Positions 28,152-42,059 of a stretch of 64,000 bases of DNA are shown here, in pieces (position 1 is the first letter of the stretch; the number at the start of each line of letters is the position of its first letter). Location of the stretch: the NCBI GenBank assembly GCA_035652435.1, contig DASRDU010000099.1:416-64415 (forward strand), read 5' to 3'. Source of the stretch: Blastocatellia bacterium. Lineage in GTDB: Bacteria > Acidobacteriota > Blastocatellia > RBC074. The position numbers and the translations under genes were made by a program. Under the pieces are notes generated by a model. That model ran no database searches. It was not told where the DNA came from and saw only the letters and a list, made by a program, of their open reading frames with translations.

Positions 28152-31100
28152 CAGAACCAATCAGCAATAACCCAAAGAATAATCAGGTCACCGATCAGAA
28201 AGCCGGAAAGACGTACTGGCGCAGTCTGGACGAACTGGCCGACACGCCCGAGTTCCGCGAGTTCCTGCACCGCGAATTCCCGCCGGGCGCTTCGGAACTG
28301 GCCGACGGGATGGATCGCCGCCGGTTTCTCGTGCTGATGTCGGCTTCGCTGGCACTGGCCGGGCTCGCCTCCGGCTGCCGCCGCCCGGTCGAGCATGTGC
28401 TGCCACACAGCAAGGTCAGCGAACTGACGCTGGCCGGCGAAGCGCAGTACTACGCCACGATTATGGACCTCGGCGGGCAGGCGCTTGGGCTGCTCGTGCG
28501 CTCGAACGACGGGCGCCCGACCAAGATCGAAGGCAACCCCTCGCATCCATCCAGCCTCGGCGCGGCGAACGCCTGGGCGCAGGCTTCGGTGCTGGATGTT
28601 TATGACCCGGATCGCTCGAAGTTTGTCAGAAAAGACAGGAACAGGGTACTCGACGGCAAACAGAATGACATCGGGTGGCAGGAATTCACGAAGTTCGCCA
28701 CAGATCATTTCGAGAAACTGAAGGCGAGCCAGGGCGCTGGCCTGCGGTTCCTGGGCGAATCAAGCTCTTCGCCGTCGCTGCGTGAACTGAAGGATCACGT
28801 CCTCAAAACCTTCCCGCAGGCGAAGTGGCACACTTACGACGCGGTCTCGCAGGATAACGCGCTCGAGGGGGCGCAGATCGCCTTCGGCCAGCCGGCGCAC
28901 ACGCATTACGCCTTCGATAAGGCGGATGTCGTGCTGGCGGTTGATTCCGATTTTCTCGCGCTCGATCCCGCGGGCGTCGCCAACACGAAGAAGTTCTCGA
29001 AGAAGCGCCGCGTGGCCGGCGTGAACGACGAGATGAATCGCCTCTACGCGGTCGAGAGTTATTTCTCGATCACGGGCGCGATGGCCGATCACCGGCTGCG
29101 GCTGCAGAGCGGCAGGATCGCGGGCTTCCTGGCGGCGCTGGCGAAAAAGCTCAACGTGACGGCGGGCGGCGTGGACGCGCTCGCGGGCAAATTCAGCGGC
29201 GACCAGAAGTGGCTCGACGCCGTCGCGAAAGACCTGGAGGGTCACAAGGGCAAATCAATCGTCGTCGTCGGCCCGCGTCAGCCAGCGGCCCTGCACGCGC
29301 TCGGCCACCTGATCAACCAGGCGCTCGGCAACACCGGCGAGACGGTCAAATACACGAAAGCCTTCAACGACACGTTTGAATCCGGCGTCGCCTCGCTCAA
29401 GGATCTGACGCAGGCGATTGACGGCAGTCAGGTGAATACGCTCGTCATTCTCGGCGGCAATCCGGCTTACACGGCGCCGGCCGACCTCGAGTTCGGCAAG
29501 AAACTCCCGAAGGTCGCGACGCGCATTCATCTGGGTCTTGACAATGACGAGACCGCTTTCGCCTGCAACTGGCACGTCAACGCCGCGCATTACCTCGAAG
29601 CGTGGGGCGACGGTCGCGCTTACGACGGCACGGCGAGCGTTCAGCAGCCGCTCGTCGAGCCGCTTTATGACGGCAAGACTGCGATTGAACTGCTCGCGCT
29701 GATTTCCGGTTACGAAAAACAGAAGGCTTACGACATCGTGCGCGCCGTCTGGCAGAAGCAGACTGCGGGCGGCGATTTCGAGAAAGCCTGGATGCGCGCA
29801 CTGCACGACGGCGTGATTCAGAACACCGCGTTCCCGGAAACCAAACCCGCCGTCAACGCCGGCAATGTCGGCACCGAACTCGATAAGTTTGCCAACGGCA
29901 CCGGCGGCACGCTGGTCGCCGCTTCAAATGACATCGAGATCAACTTCATCCAGGACGCGAGCCTCTACGACGGCCGCTTCGCCAATAACGGCTGGCTCCA
30001 GGAAACGCCCGACCCAATGACCAAGCTGACCTGGGACAACGCGGCGGTGATGAGCGTCGCCACGGCGAGAAGGCTCGAGGTCGGTAGTGAAGACGTGGTG
30101 AAGCTGACTTATCGCGGTCGCGAGCTTGAAATCCCCGTCTGGGTCATGCCGGGTCACGCCGACAATTCGATTTCCGTCGCGCTCGGTTATGGTCGCACGC
30201 AGATAGGCAGGGTTGGCAGGGGCGGCGAGTACACCTACCCTGACCCGATTGGCTCGGCCCTCACATCTTTCTTCGGCGGCGAACTCGGGCCGATTACGGG
30301 TGGCGGTCGCAATGCTTACCTGTTGCGGACTTCGGACGCGCCCGAATTCGGCATGGGCGTAACAGTGCAGAAGACCGGGGGCAGGTATGCGCTGGGTATG
30401 ACGCAGGACCACTGGAGCATGGAAGGGCGCGAAATCGTGCGCGAAGGCACCTTGGATGAGTTCAGAAAGGAACCGAACTTCGCTCCCGAAAGGGTAGAGA
30501 TTCCTCCCGAGACCGACCTTTACGAGCCGGTGCTGAAATTCGAGACCGGGCCGCAGTGGGGCATGGCGATTGACCTCAATTCGTGCATCGGCTGCAACGC
30601 CTGCATGGTGGCCTGCCAGTCGGAAAACAACATCCCCGTCGTCGGCAAGGAGCAGGTCAGGCGCGGGCGCGAGATGCACTGGATTCGGCTGGATCGCTAC
30701 TTCACCGGCATCCCGGTAACTCAACTCGGCCCCGGCGCGAAAGATCCCTTGTCCAGTCCGGAATTCAACGAGGACCGCGTTCAGGCAGTCTACCAGCCGG
30801 TCGCCTGTGTCCACTGCGAGAAGGCGCCCTGCGAAAACGTCTGCCCGGTCGCCGCGACGGTTCACAGCGAGGAGGGCCTCAACACGATGGCCTATAACCG
30901 CTGCGTCGGCACGCGGTACTGCTCGAACAACTGCCCCTACAAGGTGCGCCGCTTCAACTTTGCCAACTGGCACGAGGATCTCAAGAACCCCGACAACGAA
31001 GTTCAGAAGATGGTCTACAACCCCGAAGTCACCGTCCGCATGCGCGGCGTGATGGAGAAATGCAGCTACTGCGTGCAGCGCATCCAGAACGCGAAGATCA

Positions 31101-31384
31101 AAATCAAGGCGGCGGCGCGGCAGAAGGGCGAGGAATGGCGGGTTGAGGACGGCGCCATCACCCCGGCCTGCGCGCAGACCTGCCCGGCCGACGCCATCGT
31201 CTTCGGCGACATCCGCGACCCGAACAGCCGCGTGTCGCAGTGGAAGGCGCAGCCGCGCGATTACAAACTGCTCGGCGAACTGAACGTCAAGCCGCGCACT
31301 TCGTATCTGGCGAGACTCCGCAACCCGAACACGGAGCTTGAGCCTGCGGGGGCGCACGGCGAGAAGAAAGAAGCGCACGGATAA
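28139..31384 (+). CDS. actB: ACIII subunit ActB (fused molybdopterin-oxidoreductase-like B1 and 4Fe-4S ferredoxin-like B2), Tat signal
   Basis: [21 protein letters not shown] Tat motif. The C-terminal part has multiple CxxCxxCxxxCP FeS clusters ([25 protein letters not shown]). Length 1081 aa. Confidence 0.9.
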   Translation: MPPMTEPISNNPKNNQVTDQKAGKTYWRSLDELADTPEFREFLHREFPPGASELADGMDRRRFLVLMSASLALAGLASGCRRPVEHVLPHSKVSELTLAGEAQYYATIMDLGGQALGLLVRSNDGRPTKIEGNPSHPSSLGAANAWAQASVLDVYDPDRSKFVRKDRNRVLDGKQNDIGWQEFTKFATDHFEKLKASQGAGLRFLGESSSSPSLRELKDHVLKTFPQAKWHTYDAVSQDNALEGAQIAFGQPAHTHYAFDKADVVLAVDSDFLALDPAGVANTKKFSKKRRVAGVNDEMNRLYAVESYFSITGAMADHRLRLQSGRIAGFLAALAKKLNVTAGGVDALAGKFSGDQKWLDAVAKDLEGHKGKSIVVVGPRQPAALHALGHLINQALGNTGETVKYTKAFNDTFESGVASLKDLTQAIDGSQVNTLVILGGNPAYTAPADLEFGKKLPKVATRIHLGLDNDETAFACNWHVNAAHYLEAWGDGRAYDGTASVQQPLVEPLYDGKTAIELLALISGYEKQKAYDIVRAVWQKQTAGGDFEKAWMRALHDGVIQNTAFPETKPAVNAGNVGTELDKFANGTGGTLVAASNDIEINFIQDASLYDGRFANNGWLQETPDPMTKLTWDNAAVMSVATARRLEVGSEDVVKLTYRGRELEIPVWVMPGHADNSISVALGYGRTQIGRVGRGGEYTYPDPIGSALTSFFGGELGPITGGGRNAYLLRTSDAPEFGMGVTVQKTGGRYALGMTQDHWSMEGREIVREGTLDEFRKEPNFAPERVEIPPETDLYEPVLKFETGPQWGMAIDLNSCIGCNACMVACQSENNIPVVGKEQVRRGREMHWIRLDRYFTGIPVTQLGPGAKDPLSSPEFNEDRVQAVYQPVACVHCEKAPCENVCPVAATVHSEEGLNTMAYNRCVGTRYCSNNCPYKVRRFNFANWHEDLKNPDNEVQKMVYNPEVTVRMRGVMEKCSYCVQRIQNAKIKIKAAARQKGEEWRVEDGAITPACAQTCPADAIVFGDIRDPNSRVSQWKAQPRDYKLLGELNVKPRTSYLARLRNPNTELEPAGAHGEKKEAHG

Positions 31385-31483
31385 AACCGGTTTCACGCGC
31401 TCCGCCGGCGCCCGGAGACTTACGGCCCCGGCAAACAGACCCTGAACAGGAAATTTGACCCCGGAACTTTCGGAGAGAACAGA

Positions 31484-32926
<1,443 letters not shown>

Positions 32927-32941
32927 ATCGGGAGAAACACT

Positions 32942-33532
32942 ATGGCAGACTGGCTGACATTCCCGGGCGCGTTCGAGAGGCTCAAAAAGCTGCGCGCGTC
33001 GGAAAGCAGAATCTACGGCGCGGTGGCGGCCTTCGATTCGGACGAGAAACTGCTCGAAGCGGCGGCCCGCGTGCGGCAGGCGGGCTACACGAAATTCGAC
33101 TGCCACACGCCGTACCCGGTCCACGGGCTGGACCGGGCGATGGGGCTCAGGCGGTCGAGGCTGCCGCTCATCATCATCGGCGGCACGATCACGGGCTTCC
33201 TGACCGCCTACGCGCTCCAGTACTGGGTCGGCGTGATCAAACAGCCGGTGGTGATCGGCAACAAGCCGCTCTTTGCCATCCCGTACGCCGTGCCGGTGCT
33301 GTTTGAATTGTCGGTGCTGCTCACGTCTTTCGGCGCCGTGCTGGGCATGCTCGCCCTCAACGGGTTGCCGCGGCTGTATCACCCGCTCTTCAACAGCGAA
33401 AATTTCAAGAAGTCGAGCGACGACACCTTCTTCATCTCAATTGAATCGAAGGACCCGCTCTTCAACGAGGACAAGACCGTCGCGCTGCTCACGGAGGTTG
33501 GCGGGCAGGATGTCGAATTGGTCGAATCGTAG
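32942..33532 (+). CDS. actD: ACIII subunit ActD (DUF3341)
   Basis: AAFDSDEKLLEAAARVRQAGYTKFDCHTPYPVHG signature and two TM helices. Confidence 0.85.
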   Translation: MADWLTFPGAFERLKKLRASESRIYGAVAAFDSDEKLLEAAARVRQAGYTKFDCHTPYPVHGLDRAMGLRRSRLPLIIIGGTITGFLTAYALQYWVGVIKQPVVIGNKPLFAIPYAVPVLFELSVLLTSFGAVLGMLALNGLPRLYHPLFNSENFKKSSDDTFFISIESKDPLFNEDKTVALLTEVGGQDVELVES

Positions 33533-33613
33533 GGGGTGTCCGGGGCGCGTCGGTCGGCTTGCGCCCGGTCATCGCCTGCAGGCGTTACGGCAAATTTTCT
33601 GAGGAACCAAAAG

Positions 33614-34228
33614 ATGCTGCGTCGCGGTTTAGTTTTGCTGATTATGGCCGGCTCGCTCTCAGGCTGTTTCTTATTGCAGCCGGGCGTTGACAAGCCGCCG
33701 ATCCAGGTTTTCCCGGATATGGACAACCAGCCGAAATACAAGGCCCAGGCCGAAAGCAGATTCTTCGGCGACAAGCGCGCCAACCGCCGGCCACCGGCGG
33801 GTACCGTCGCACAGGGCAAGCTGAAAGAAGATGACGCCTTCTTTACCGGCAAGCAGAACGGGCAGGAGGTGGCCGTGATGCCGGTGAAGATTGACGAGGC
33901 CCTGGTGCGGCGCGGTCAGGAACGTTTCAATATCAACTGCGCGCCCTGCCACAGCCGTCTGGGTGATGGCATAGGGATGGTTCTGATGAGGCAGGGTGGG
34001 ACAGTTACCCTGAGGCCGGCGGATCTGCGGCAGGAACGCCTGCGAACCGCCACCGATGGTTACATCTTCAATGTCATCACGAACGGCAAAAACACCATGC
34101 AGCCGCTCGGCCAGAACATTCCCGAAGCGGATCGCTGGGCAATCGTCTCCTATGTGCGCGCGTTGCAGCGCACGCGGAGCGCGACCGTTAACGACGTGCC
34201 GGCGGAGAAGCGCGGGGATTTGAAGTAA
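33614..34228 (+). CDS. actE: ACIII subunit ActE (monoheme cytochrome c lipoprotein)
   Basis: Lipoprotein signal (LSGC), a single CAPCHS heme motif, and GAGGA before the ATG at 33614. Confidence 0.8.
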   Translation: MLRRGLVLLIMAGSLSGCFLLQPGVDKPPIQVFPDMDNQPKYKAQAESRFFGDKRANRRPPAGTVAQGKLKEDDAFFTGKQNGQEVAVMPVKIDEALVRRGQERFNINCAPCHSRLGDGIGMVLMRQGGTVTLRPADLRQERLRTATDGYIFNVITNGKNTMQPLGQNIPEADRWAIVSYVRALQRTRSATVNDVPAEKRGDLK

Positions 34229-34245
34229 TACGGGCAGCCGCTCAG

Positions 34246-35568
34246 GTGATGGCCCGTTTCCGCCGAAAGGTCTTTGTCGCAACTAACCGCGGGCCGCACG
34301 AGCCTGCGGCACATTTTCCGAGGACGACCGTGAGTCAACAAACCGACAGTTACAGACTTGACCCGAGAGTGGCGGCCAGGGCGAGAACGCCGCTGCTGAT
34401 CATTGCGGTGATCGGCTGGGTGCTGTGCATCATCGGCTTTGCAGTGCCCGGCCTGCGCGAGCAGTTCCACTTCTCGTACCACATGAGCTTTATTTACTTC
34501 ACCACGATCACGCTCGGCGCGCTCTTTTTCGTCATGGTCCAGCGGCTGACGACGGCCGGCTGGAGCGTCGTCGTGCGGCGCATCGCCGAAGTGATCGCCG
34601 CGAATTTCTGGCTCATCGCCATCCTGTTCATCCCGATTGCCATCGGCGTCATCTACCCCCCGCACGGTCACAGTGGCGCGATCGAATATTTCGAGTGGAA
34701 CAGACTGTGGCATGACCCGGGGTCGGTGGCGAATGACCAGGTGCTTCAGCACAAGAAGGGGTACTTCGAACTCAGCTTCTTCTTCGCCCGCGCGGTCTTC
34801 TACCTGCTGATCTGGTCGGTGGTGAGCTGGCAGCTGTACCGGCACTCGACCGCGCAGGATGATGACGGCAACCCCGAACACGCGCGTTATTCGTTCAGGT
34901 GGGCCGCCGCCGGGTTCCCGTTGTTCTTCATCTTCGGGACGCTCGCCATTTTTGACTGGATCATGTCGCTCGCGCCGCACTGGTTCTCGACCGCCTTCGG
35001 CCTTTACAACCTGGCGGGTGGCGGGCTCGGATTTATGGGAGTGCTGATTCTGATCTGCGCCTGGCTGCGCAGCAACAACACGCTCAGACACTCGATCACC
35101 ATCGAGCATTATCACGACATGGGCAAGCTGCTCTTTACCTTTATGATTTTCTGGGCGTACGTCGGGTTCTCGCAGTACATGCTGATCTGGTACGCCAACC
35201 AGTCGGAAGAGACCTTTTACTTCCACGACCGCCTGCGGGGGAGCTGGAGCGCGGTCACCTGGCTGCTCGCGGTCGGCCACTTCATCCTGCCGTTCATCCT
35301 GCTGCTCTCGCGCGACATCAAGCGCAACGTCTTCACGCTCTCGCTGGCCGCGGGGTGGATGCTCCTGATGCACCTGGTTGACGTCTACTGGATGGTCATG
35401 CCGGCGCTGCACAAATCGGGAGTGGGGCTGCACTGGCTCGATCTGGCCGCACTGATGGCGGTCGGCGGGACGCTCGGGGTGGCCTTCATCCGGCTGCTCG
35501 GCAAACACTCGCTGGTTCCGGTCAGGGACCCGTTCCTCACGGAATCGCTGGCCTTCGAGAATGCGTAA
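34246..35568 (+). CDS. actF: ACIII subunit ActF (second NrfD-like membrane subunit)
   Basis: Polytopic and homologous in architecture to ActC. The true start is possibly the GTG near 34330 (VSQQTDS) after GAGGA. Confidence 0.8.
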   Translation: MMARFRRKVFVATNRGPHEPAAHFPRTTVSQQTDSYRLDPRVAARARTPLLIIAVIGWVLCIIGFAVPGLREQFHFSYHMSFIYFTTITLGALFFVMVQRLTTAGWSVVVRRIAEVIAANFWLIAILFIPIAIGVIYPPHGHSGAIEYFEWNRLWHDPGSVANDQVLQHKKGYFELSFFFARAVFYLLIWSVVSWQLYRHSTAQDDDGNPEHARYSFRWAAAGFPLFFIFGTLAIFDWIMSLAPHWFSTAFGLYNLAGGGLGFMGVLILICAWLRSNNTLRHSITIEHYHDMGKLLFTFMIFWAYVGFSQYMLIWYANQSEETFYFHDRLRGSWSAVTWLLAVGHFILPFILLLSRDIKRNVFTLSLAAGWMLLMHLVDVYWMVMPALHKSGVGLHWLDLAALMAVGGTLGVAFIRLLGKHSLVPVRDPFLTESLAFENA

Positions 35569-35580
35569 GGGGTTTTGATT

Positions 35581-36108
35581 ATGGCACACACGGGACCAAA
35601 GGACGGGTGGCACGCGCCGGCGACCGTCGAGGAAGAAATTCTGGAGTTCGCCAAAGACGACACCTTCGATTTTGAAGAGCAGCCGCCGCGCGCCGGACTG
35701 ATCGCGCTGATCAGCCTGGCCTGCCTCGTCTTCATCCTCGCCTGCGGTGGCGGGCTGCACATTTACTGGCACTGGTACTATGAGCATTCAGTTACCGAGG
35801 CGAACCAGGTCGAGCCGTCGCAACTGCGGGATGTGAGGAGCAGGGAAGAGCAGGAACTCCATTCCCCGCCGAAGTACATTGATAAGGAAAAAGGCACCGT
35901 GCAGATTCCGATTGACCGCGCGATGCAGCTGATCGTCGAGGAGGCCGCGGCAGGCAGGTACGGCCAGAACTTCGCGAAGCAGTCGGCGGACGCCACCGCA
36001 GCATCGCCGGCGACGAGCGGCGTTCCGACAGTCGCCGCAACCGGGGCGCCGACAACGCCCGCGGCGTCACCCGCGGCGAAGCCTTCACCGCCGCCGGCGA
36101 AGAAGTAA
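35581..36108 (+). CDS. hypothetical single-TM protein with an Ala/Pro-rich C-terminal tail, placed between actF and sco (ActG-position accessory candidate)
   Basis: Sits 13 nt after the actF stop and 11 nt before sco; 175 aa with a TM segment LIALISLACLVFILACGGGL. No family was recognised. Confidence 0.55.
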   Translation: MAHTGPKDGWHAPATVEEEILEFAKDDTFDFEEQPPRAGLIALISLACLVFILACGGGLHIYWHWYYEHSVTEANQVEPSQLRDVRSREEQELHSPPKYIDKEKGTVQIPIDRAMQLIVEEAAAGRYGQNFAKQSADATAASPATSGVPTVAATGAPTTPAASPAAKPSPPPAKK

Positions 36109-36118
36109 GGAAAGTAGT

Positions 36119-36997
36119 TTGGTTGTGTTTACATTTGTCGTCCCGCAAAACAGAGTTCAATTTTCAGGCGGCCTGATGCTGCTCGTGCTGGTGCTTTGCA
36201 CTTCGCTCACCGCCCTGGCGCAGCTCAACCGCGAACTGCCCTCGGACGTGCAGGGCCTGCAGGTCGAGCAGAAGCTCGACGCGCAGATTGACCTCGACCT
36301 GACTTTTACCAACGAAGAAGGTCAGACGGTTGCCCTGCGCGATTACTTCGGCAAAGGGCGACCGGTCGTGCTGAATCTGGCTTACTACAGCTGCCCGATG
36401 CTCTGCGGAATGGTGATCAAGGGCGTGACCAACACGCTCAGGGAGATTCCCTGGACGCCGGGCCGGGAATTTGAAGTCGTGACGGTCAGTTTCGACCCGC
36501 GCGAAACCGCGCTGCTCGCCAAGGCGAAGAAGGAGGCCGTCATGGTTGATTACGGCCGCCCGCAGGCGCGCGAGGGCTGGCACTTCCTCGTTGACAAGGA
36601 CGGCAACGCGAAGAAGCTCGCGGATCAGGTCGGCTTCAAATACCGCTGGATCGAAGACCAGAAGCAGTTCGCGCACGCCTCGGTCACGATGATCGCGACG
36701 CCCGAAGGGAAGATGTCGCGTTACCTGATCGGCATCGCCTACCAGCCGCGCGACATGCGTCTCGCGCTGACTGAGGCCTCAAACGGGAAGATCGGGACGA
36801 TCATTGATTCATTCATGCTCTACTGTTACCACTACGACCCCGAAGCGCGCTCATACGTCCCGATGGCGAGGCGGATTATGAAAATCGGCGGCCTGGTGGT
36901 CGTAACAATGGTCGGGTCAATCCTGTTCTTTTTCTGGCGGCGCGAGTTCAAGGGGCAGCCCCCGGCGCCGCTCGAGCCGGGCGGTCAGAGTTTATAG
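36119..36997 (+). CDS. SCO1/SenC copper chaperone (thioredoxin-like) for cytochrome oxidase CuA assembly
   Basis: YSCPMLCG (CxxxC) motif and a conserved His downstream. TTG start after AAGGAAAG. Confidence 0.85.
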   Translation: MVVFTFVVPQNRVQFSGGLMLLVLVLCTSLTALAQLNRELPSDVQGLQVEQKLDAQIDLDLTFTNEEGQTVALRDYFGKGRPVVLNLAYYSCPMLCGMVIKGVTNTLREIPWTPGREFEVVTVSFDPRETALLAKAKKEAVMVDYGRPQAREGWHFLVDKDGNAKKLADQVGFKYRWIEDQKQFAHASVTMIATPEGKMSRYLIGIAYQPRDMRLALTEASNGKIGTIIDSFMLYCYHYDPEARSYVPMARRIMKIGGLVVVTMVGSILFFFWRREFKGQPPAPLEPGGQSL

Positions 36998-37077
36998 TTT
37001 AAGAGGGGAGAGCTTCCCCTGAGGGCAATAAAAAGGCGAAGCAGATTTGCGCCTGCAATAACCGGTAAGGTCACTTT

Positions 37078-38052
37078 ATGCTGACTATATTGACGTATAT
37101 CCTCCTGTCTCCGTGGGCCCCATTCATGCCCGACGCGAAATCGGATTTCGCGGAAAAGATAGACCTGCTTTACGGCTTCATCTGGTGGGCGATGACTTTC
37201 TTTTTCGTACTCATCGTCGCCGCGATGATCTACTTCCCGTACAAGTACCGCCGCGGCGCGCAGCCGACGCTGACGCCGCGCATCACGCACAACCTGCTGC
37301 TGGAGCTGACCTGGAGCGGGATTCCTGCGCTGCTGATCCTGGTGATCGCCTTCTGGGGCATCAACCTCTACGTCAGGGCCTACGTGCCGCCGGGTGATAA
37401 CTACGAAGTCAACGTGACCGGCAAGCAGTGGCTGTGGCAGTTCGAACACACCGGCGGGAAAGCCAGCGGACTGGCCGAATCGGGTGAGTTGCATGTTCCG
37501 ATGGGCAAGCCGATCAATCTGGTGATGTCGTCAATGGATGTGATTCACAGCTTCTTTCTCCCGGATTTTCGGGTGAAGGCGGACGTTGTTCCGGGTCGTT
37601 ACACAAACATCTGGTTTGATCCAAGGGAACCCGGTGAGTATCAGGTCTTCTGCGCCGAATACTGCGGCGACAGTCATTCGGGGATGCTGGCAAAAGTGAT
37701 CGTTCAGACGCCTGAAGAGTTTGAGAAGTGGTACAAGGGGATAATTATATTTGATCCGACCGTTGATAAGGGAAAAGAGTATTATCAGAAAGCCGGATGC
37801 GTTACCTGCCATTCAGTAGATGGCTCAACTCTCGTCGGGCCTTCATTCAAGGGCATCTTTGGCACACCTCAGCCGCTTACCAACGGGACATCGGTAGTTG
37901 CTGACGAAAACTACATACGGGAATCCATTCTGCAACCACAGGCGAAGATCGTGAAGGGGTTTGAAGGCCAGCAGATGCCTTCATTTCAAGGAGTCCTGAA
38001 CGACAGCCAGCTCAACTCAATCATTTTGTATATCAAAAGCCTGAAGCAATAA
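37078..38052 (+). CDS. ctaC: cytochrome c oxidase subunit II with C-terminal cytochrome c domain (caa3-type)
   Basis: CuA ligands H...CAEYCGDSHSGM and C-terminal CVTCHS heme c. The 3' third of the gene is distinctly AT-richer than the rest. Confidence 0.9.
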   Translation: MLTILTYILLSPWAPFMPDAKSDFAEKIDLLYGFIWWAMTFFFVLIVAAMIYFPYKYRRGAQPTLTPRITHNLLLELTWSGIPALLILVIAFWGINLYVRAYVPPGDNYEVNVTGKQWLWQFEHTGGKASGLAESGELHVPMGKPINLVMSSMDVIHSFFLPDFRVKADVVPGRYTNIWFDPREPGEYQVFCAEYCGDSHSGMLAKVIVQTPEEFEKWYKGIIIFDPTVDKGKEYYQKAGCVTCHSVDGSTLVGPSFKGIFGTPQPLTNGTSVVADENYIRESILQPQAKIVKGFEGQQMPSFQGVLNDSQLNSIILYIKSLKQ

Positions 38053-38099
38053 GTGCCGCACGCAATAAATGAAGGGGAATATCCCCGGGAGAAGTAATT

Positions 38100-39750
<1,651 letters not shown>

Positions 39751-39767
<17 letters not shown>

Positions 39768-40449
39768 GAAGCTGCCCGGCGCACACGCGGGGCACCACGA
39801 AGAGGGGCATTCGCCATTCCTCCAGCACCATTTCGCCACGATGGATCAGCAGATGGAGGCTGGGAAGCTGGGGATGTGGATCTTCCTCGTGACGGAAGTG
39901 CTGCTCTTTGGCGGCCTGTTCGCGGGCTACGCGCTGATGTTCAGCCGCCACCCAGAGGCCTTCCACCAAGGGCACCATCACCTCAACGTCACGCTCGGCG
40001 TCGTCAACACGGCGATTCTGATCTTCAGCAGTCTGACGATGGCCCTGGGCGTGCGGGCGGCACAGACGAGCAACAAGAGCGCGCTCGTCAAATACCTGAT
40101 CATCACTTTCGCCTGCGCCTGCGGGTTTCTGATCGTCAAGTTCTTCGAGTACTCGCACAAGATTCACGAAGGGCTGCTGCCGGGGACGAACTACAGCTAT
40201 GTGAACCCGACCGGGGAGCCGTCAGATCCATTCATCGGCACCTACTTTTCGTTCTACTTTATGATGACCGGGCTGCACGGGCTGCACGTCATCGCCGGGA
40301 TGTCGGCCATCGCGTATGTGCTGTGGCGCGCGATCAAAGGGCATTTCGACAGCGAATACAACGCGCCGGTCGAGATCACGGGGCTCTACTGGCACCTCGT
40401 TGACCTGATCTGGATTTACCTGTTCCCGCTCCTTTATCTGGTGAGGTAA
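39751..40449 (+). CDS. ctaE: cytochrome c oxidase subunit III
   Basis: Subunit III family with 232 aa and 5 TM helices. It overlaps the ctaD stop by 17 nt. Confidence 0.85.
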
Positions 40450-40456
40450 TCGCTTT

Positions 40457-40954
40457 ATGAGTACACATGCCGCGACGCACGGCCATTCACATCATCACAT
40501 TTCACCGATCAGACTGTATCTGGCGGTGTGGATCGGGCTGATGATTCTGACGGCCATCACTGTCGGCGTCTACAAGTTTGACTTCGGCGCGCTGAACGTG
40601 GTCATCGCCATGGCGGTCGCGACGGTCAAGGCCAGTCTCGTGGTGCTGTTCTTCATGCACCTGAAATACGACAAGCCATTCCACGCGGTCGCCTTCAGCA
40701 TCGGCATCATTTTTTTCGGCTTGTTCCTCGGCCTGCAACTGGTCGACGTGGCCACGCGGACCGATCCGGAACCGACGAGGGATTTTGCGCCGGTTGAAAG
40801 GCCGAGCCCGCCGGCCGAGAAGAAGACCACGCTGCCGGCCGAACATGCCGGCGAGTCGCCCGCGGGGCACACCTCCACGGCCGGCAGCGCAACGGGCTCA
40901 GAGCCGGCCGCACAGCCGAGCGCTGCTCCGTCAAAGGCGCCCGAACACAAATGA
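40457..40954 (+). CDS. cytochrome c oxidase subunit IV (bacterial caa3 type) with a Pro/Ala-rich C-terminal extension
   Basis: His-rich N-terminus, then three TM helices (VWIGLMILTAITVGV...), placed immediately after ctaE. Confidence 0.7.
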   Translation: MSTHAATHGHSHHHISPIRLYLAVWIGLMILTAITVGVYKFDFGALNVVIAMAVATVKASLVVLFFMHLKYDKPFHAVAFSIGIIFFGLFLGLQLVDVATRTDPEPTRDFAPVERPSPPAEKKTTLPAEHAGESPAGHTSTAGSATGSEPAAQPSAAPSKAPEHK

Positions 40955-41100
40955 TCCGGGATCCCGGACCGCAGGCTTTCCGGTTTGCGGAAGTCTGAAA
41001 CAGGCGTAGGATTGGGAAACTCCCTCCCCCTGGACCACCGCAAACAGGGAAGCTTGCGCGCTAGAGAGGCTGATCCAGCATCCCCGGGTCAGCAGATTTT

Positions 41101-42036
41101 ATGGAAGTTTTGACACCTGCTGATGTACTTGCCAGGCAGTCTCGCCCGGAGCCGCTGGCGACAAAGGGCCAGAGCCCGACTGCGACCGAAAAGTTCAGGT
41201 CGTATGTCGAGCTGACCAAGCCAAGGATCACCTTTCTGGTCGTCCTTTCCGCGCTCGCCGGATTCTGCATGGGCAGCGCCGGGTCGGTTGATTACCTTGG
41301 GCTCCTGCACACTGTCCTTGGCGTCGCACTGCTTTCGAGCGGCATCAGCACACTCAATCAGTATCTGGAGCGCGATTCCGACGCTCTGATGAAGCGCACG
41401 AGGAATCGCCCGCTGCCTGCGGGCAGGCTGACGGCGGCGAGCGCCCTGTGGTTCGGCATTGCGCTCTCGGTCGTCTCGACCGCTTACCTCGCGCTGCTCG
41501 TCAACCCGCTGACAGCCGCGTGGGGAATGGCCGCGCTCGGCAGTTACCTGTTCCTTTACACACCGCTCAAGCAGCGCACGACGCTTTGCACTTTCATCGG
41601 CGCCTTCCCGGGCGCGCTGCCGCCGTTGCTCGGCTGGACGGCGGCGCGCAATGAAATGGGGATTGAAGCGCTGGTCCTGTTCGCCATCCTCTTCCTCTGG
41701 CAATTCCCCCACTTCCACGCCATTGCGACGATGTACCGCGACGATTACGCGAGGGCGGGCATCAGGATGCTGCCGGTCATTGACCGGGATTACAAAGCCA
41801 CTGCGCGTGAGATCGTGATCTATGCGGCGGTACTCCTGCCGGTCAGCCTGCTGCCGACTCTCCTGAATATGTCCGGGAAGGTCTACTTCGTGGCGGCGCT
41901 GATTCTCGGCGCGATGTACCTGAAGGGGGGCATCGCCACCGCGCAGGCGAAGACTCCTGCCGAGGCTCGCCGGCTGCTCAGAACCTCGGTGCTTTACCTG
42001 CCGCTGCTGTTTCTGGTGATGGTACTGAATCGGTAG
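41101..42036 (+). CDS. ctaB: protoheme IX farnesyltransferase (heme O synthase)
   Basis: UbiA-family motifs (NQYLERDSDALMKRTRNRPLP; DxxxD). Confidence 0.9.
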   Translation: MEVLTPADVLARQSRPEPLATKGQSPTATEKFRSYVELTKPRITFLVVLSALAGFCMGSAGSVDYLGLLHTVLGVALLSSGISTLNQYLERDSDALMKRTRNRPLPAGRLTAASALWFGIALSVVSTAYLALLVNPLTAAWGMAALGSYLFLYTPLKQRTTLCTFIGAFPGALPPLLGWTAARNEMGIEALVLFAILFLWQFPHFHAIATMYRDDYARAGIRMLPVIDRDYKATAREIVIYAAVLLPVSLLPTLLNMSGKVYFVAALILGAMYLKGGIATAQAKTPAEARRLLRTSVLYLPLLFLVMVLNR

Positions 42037-42059
42037 GATGCGTAGCGCTGCCAGACCGC

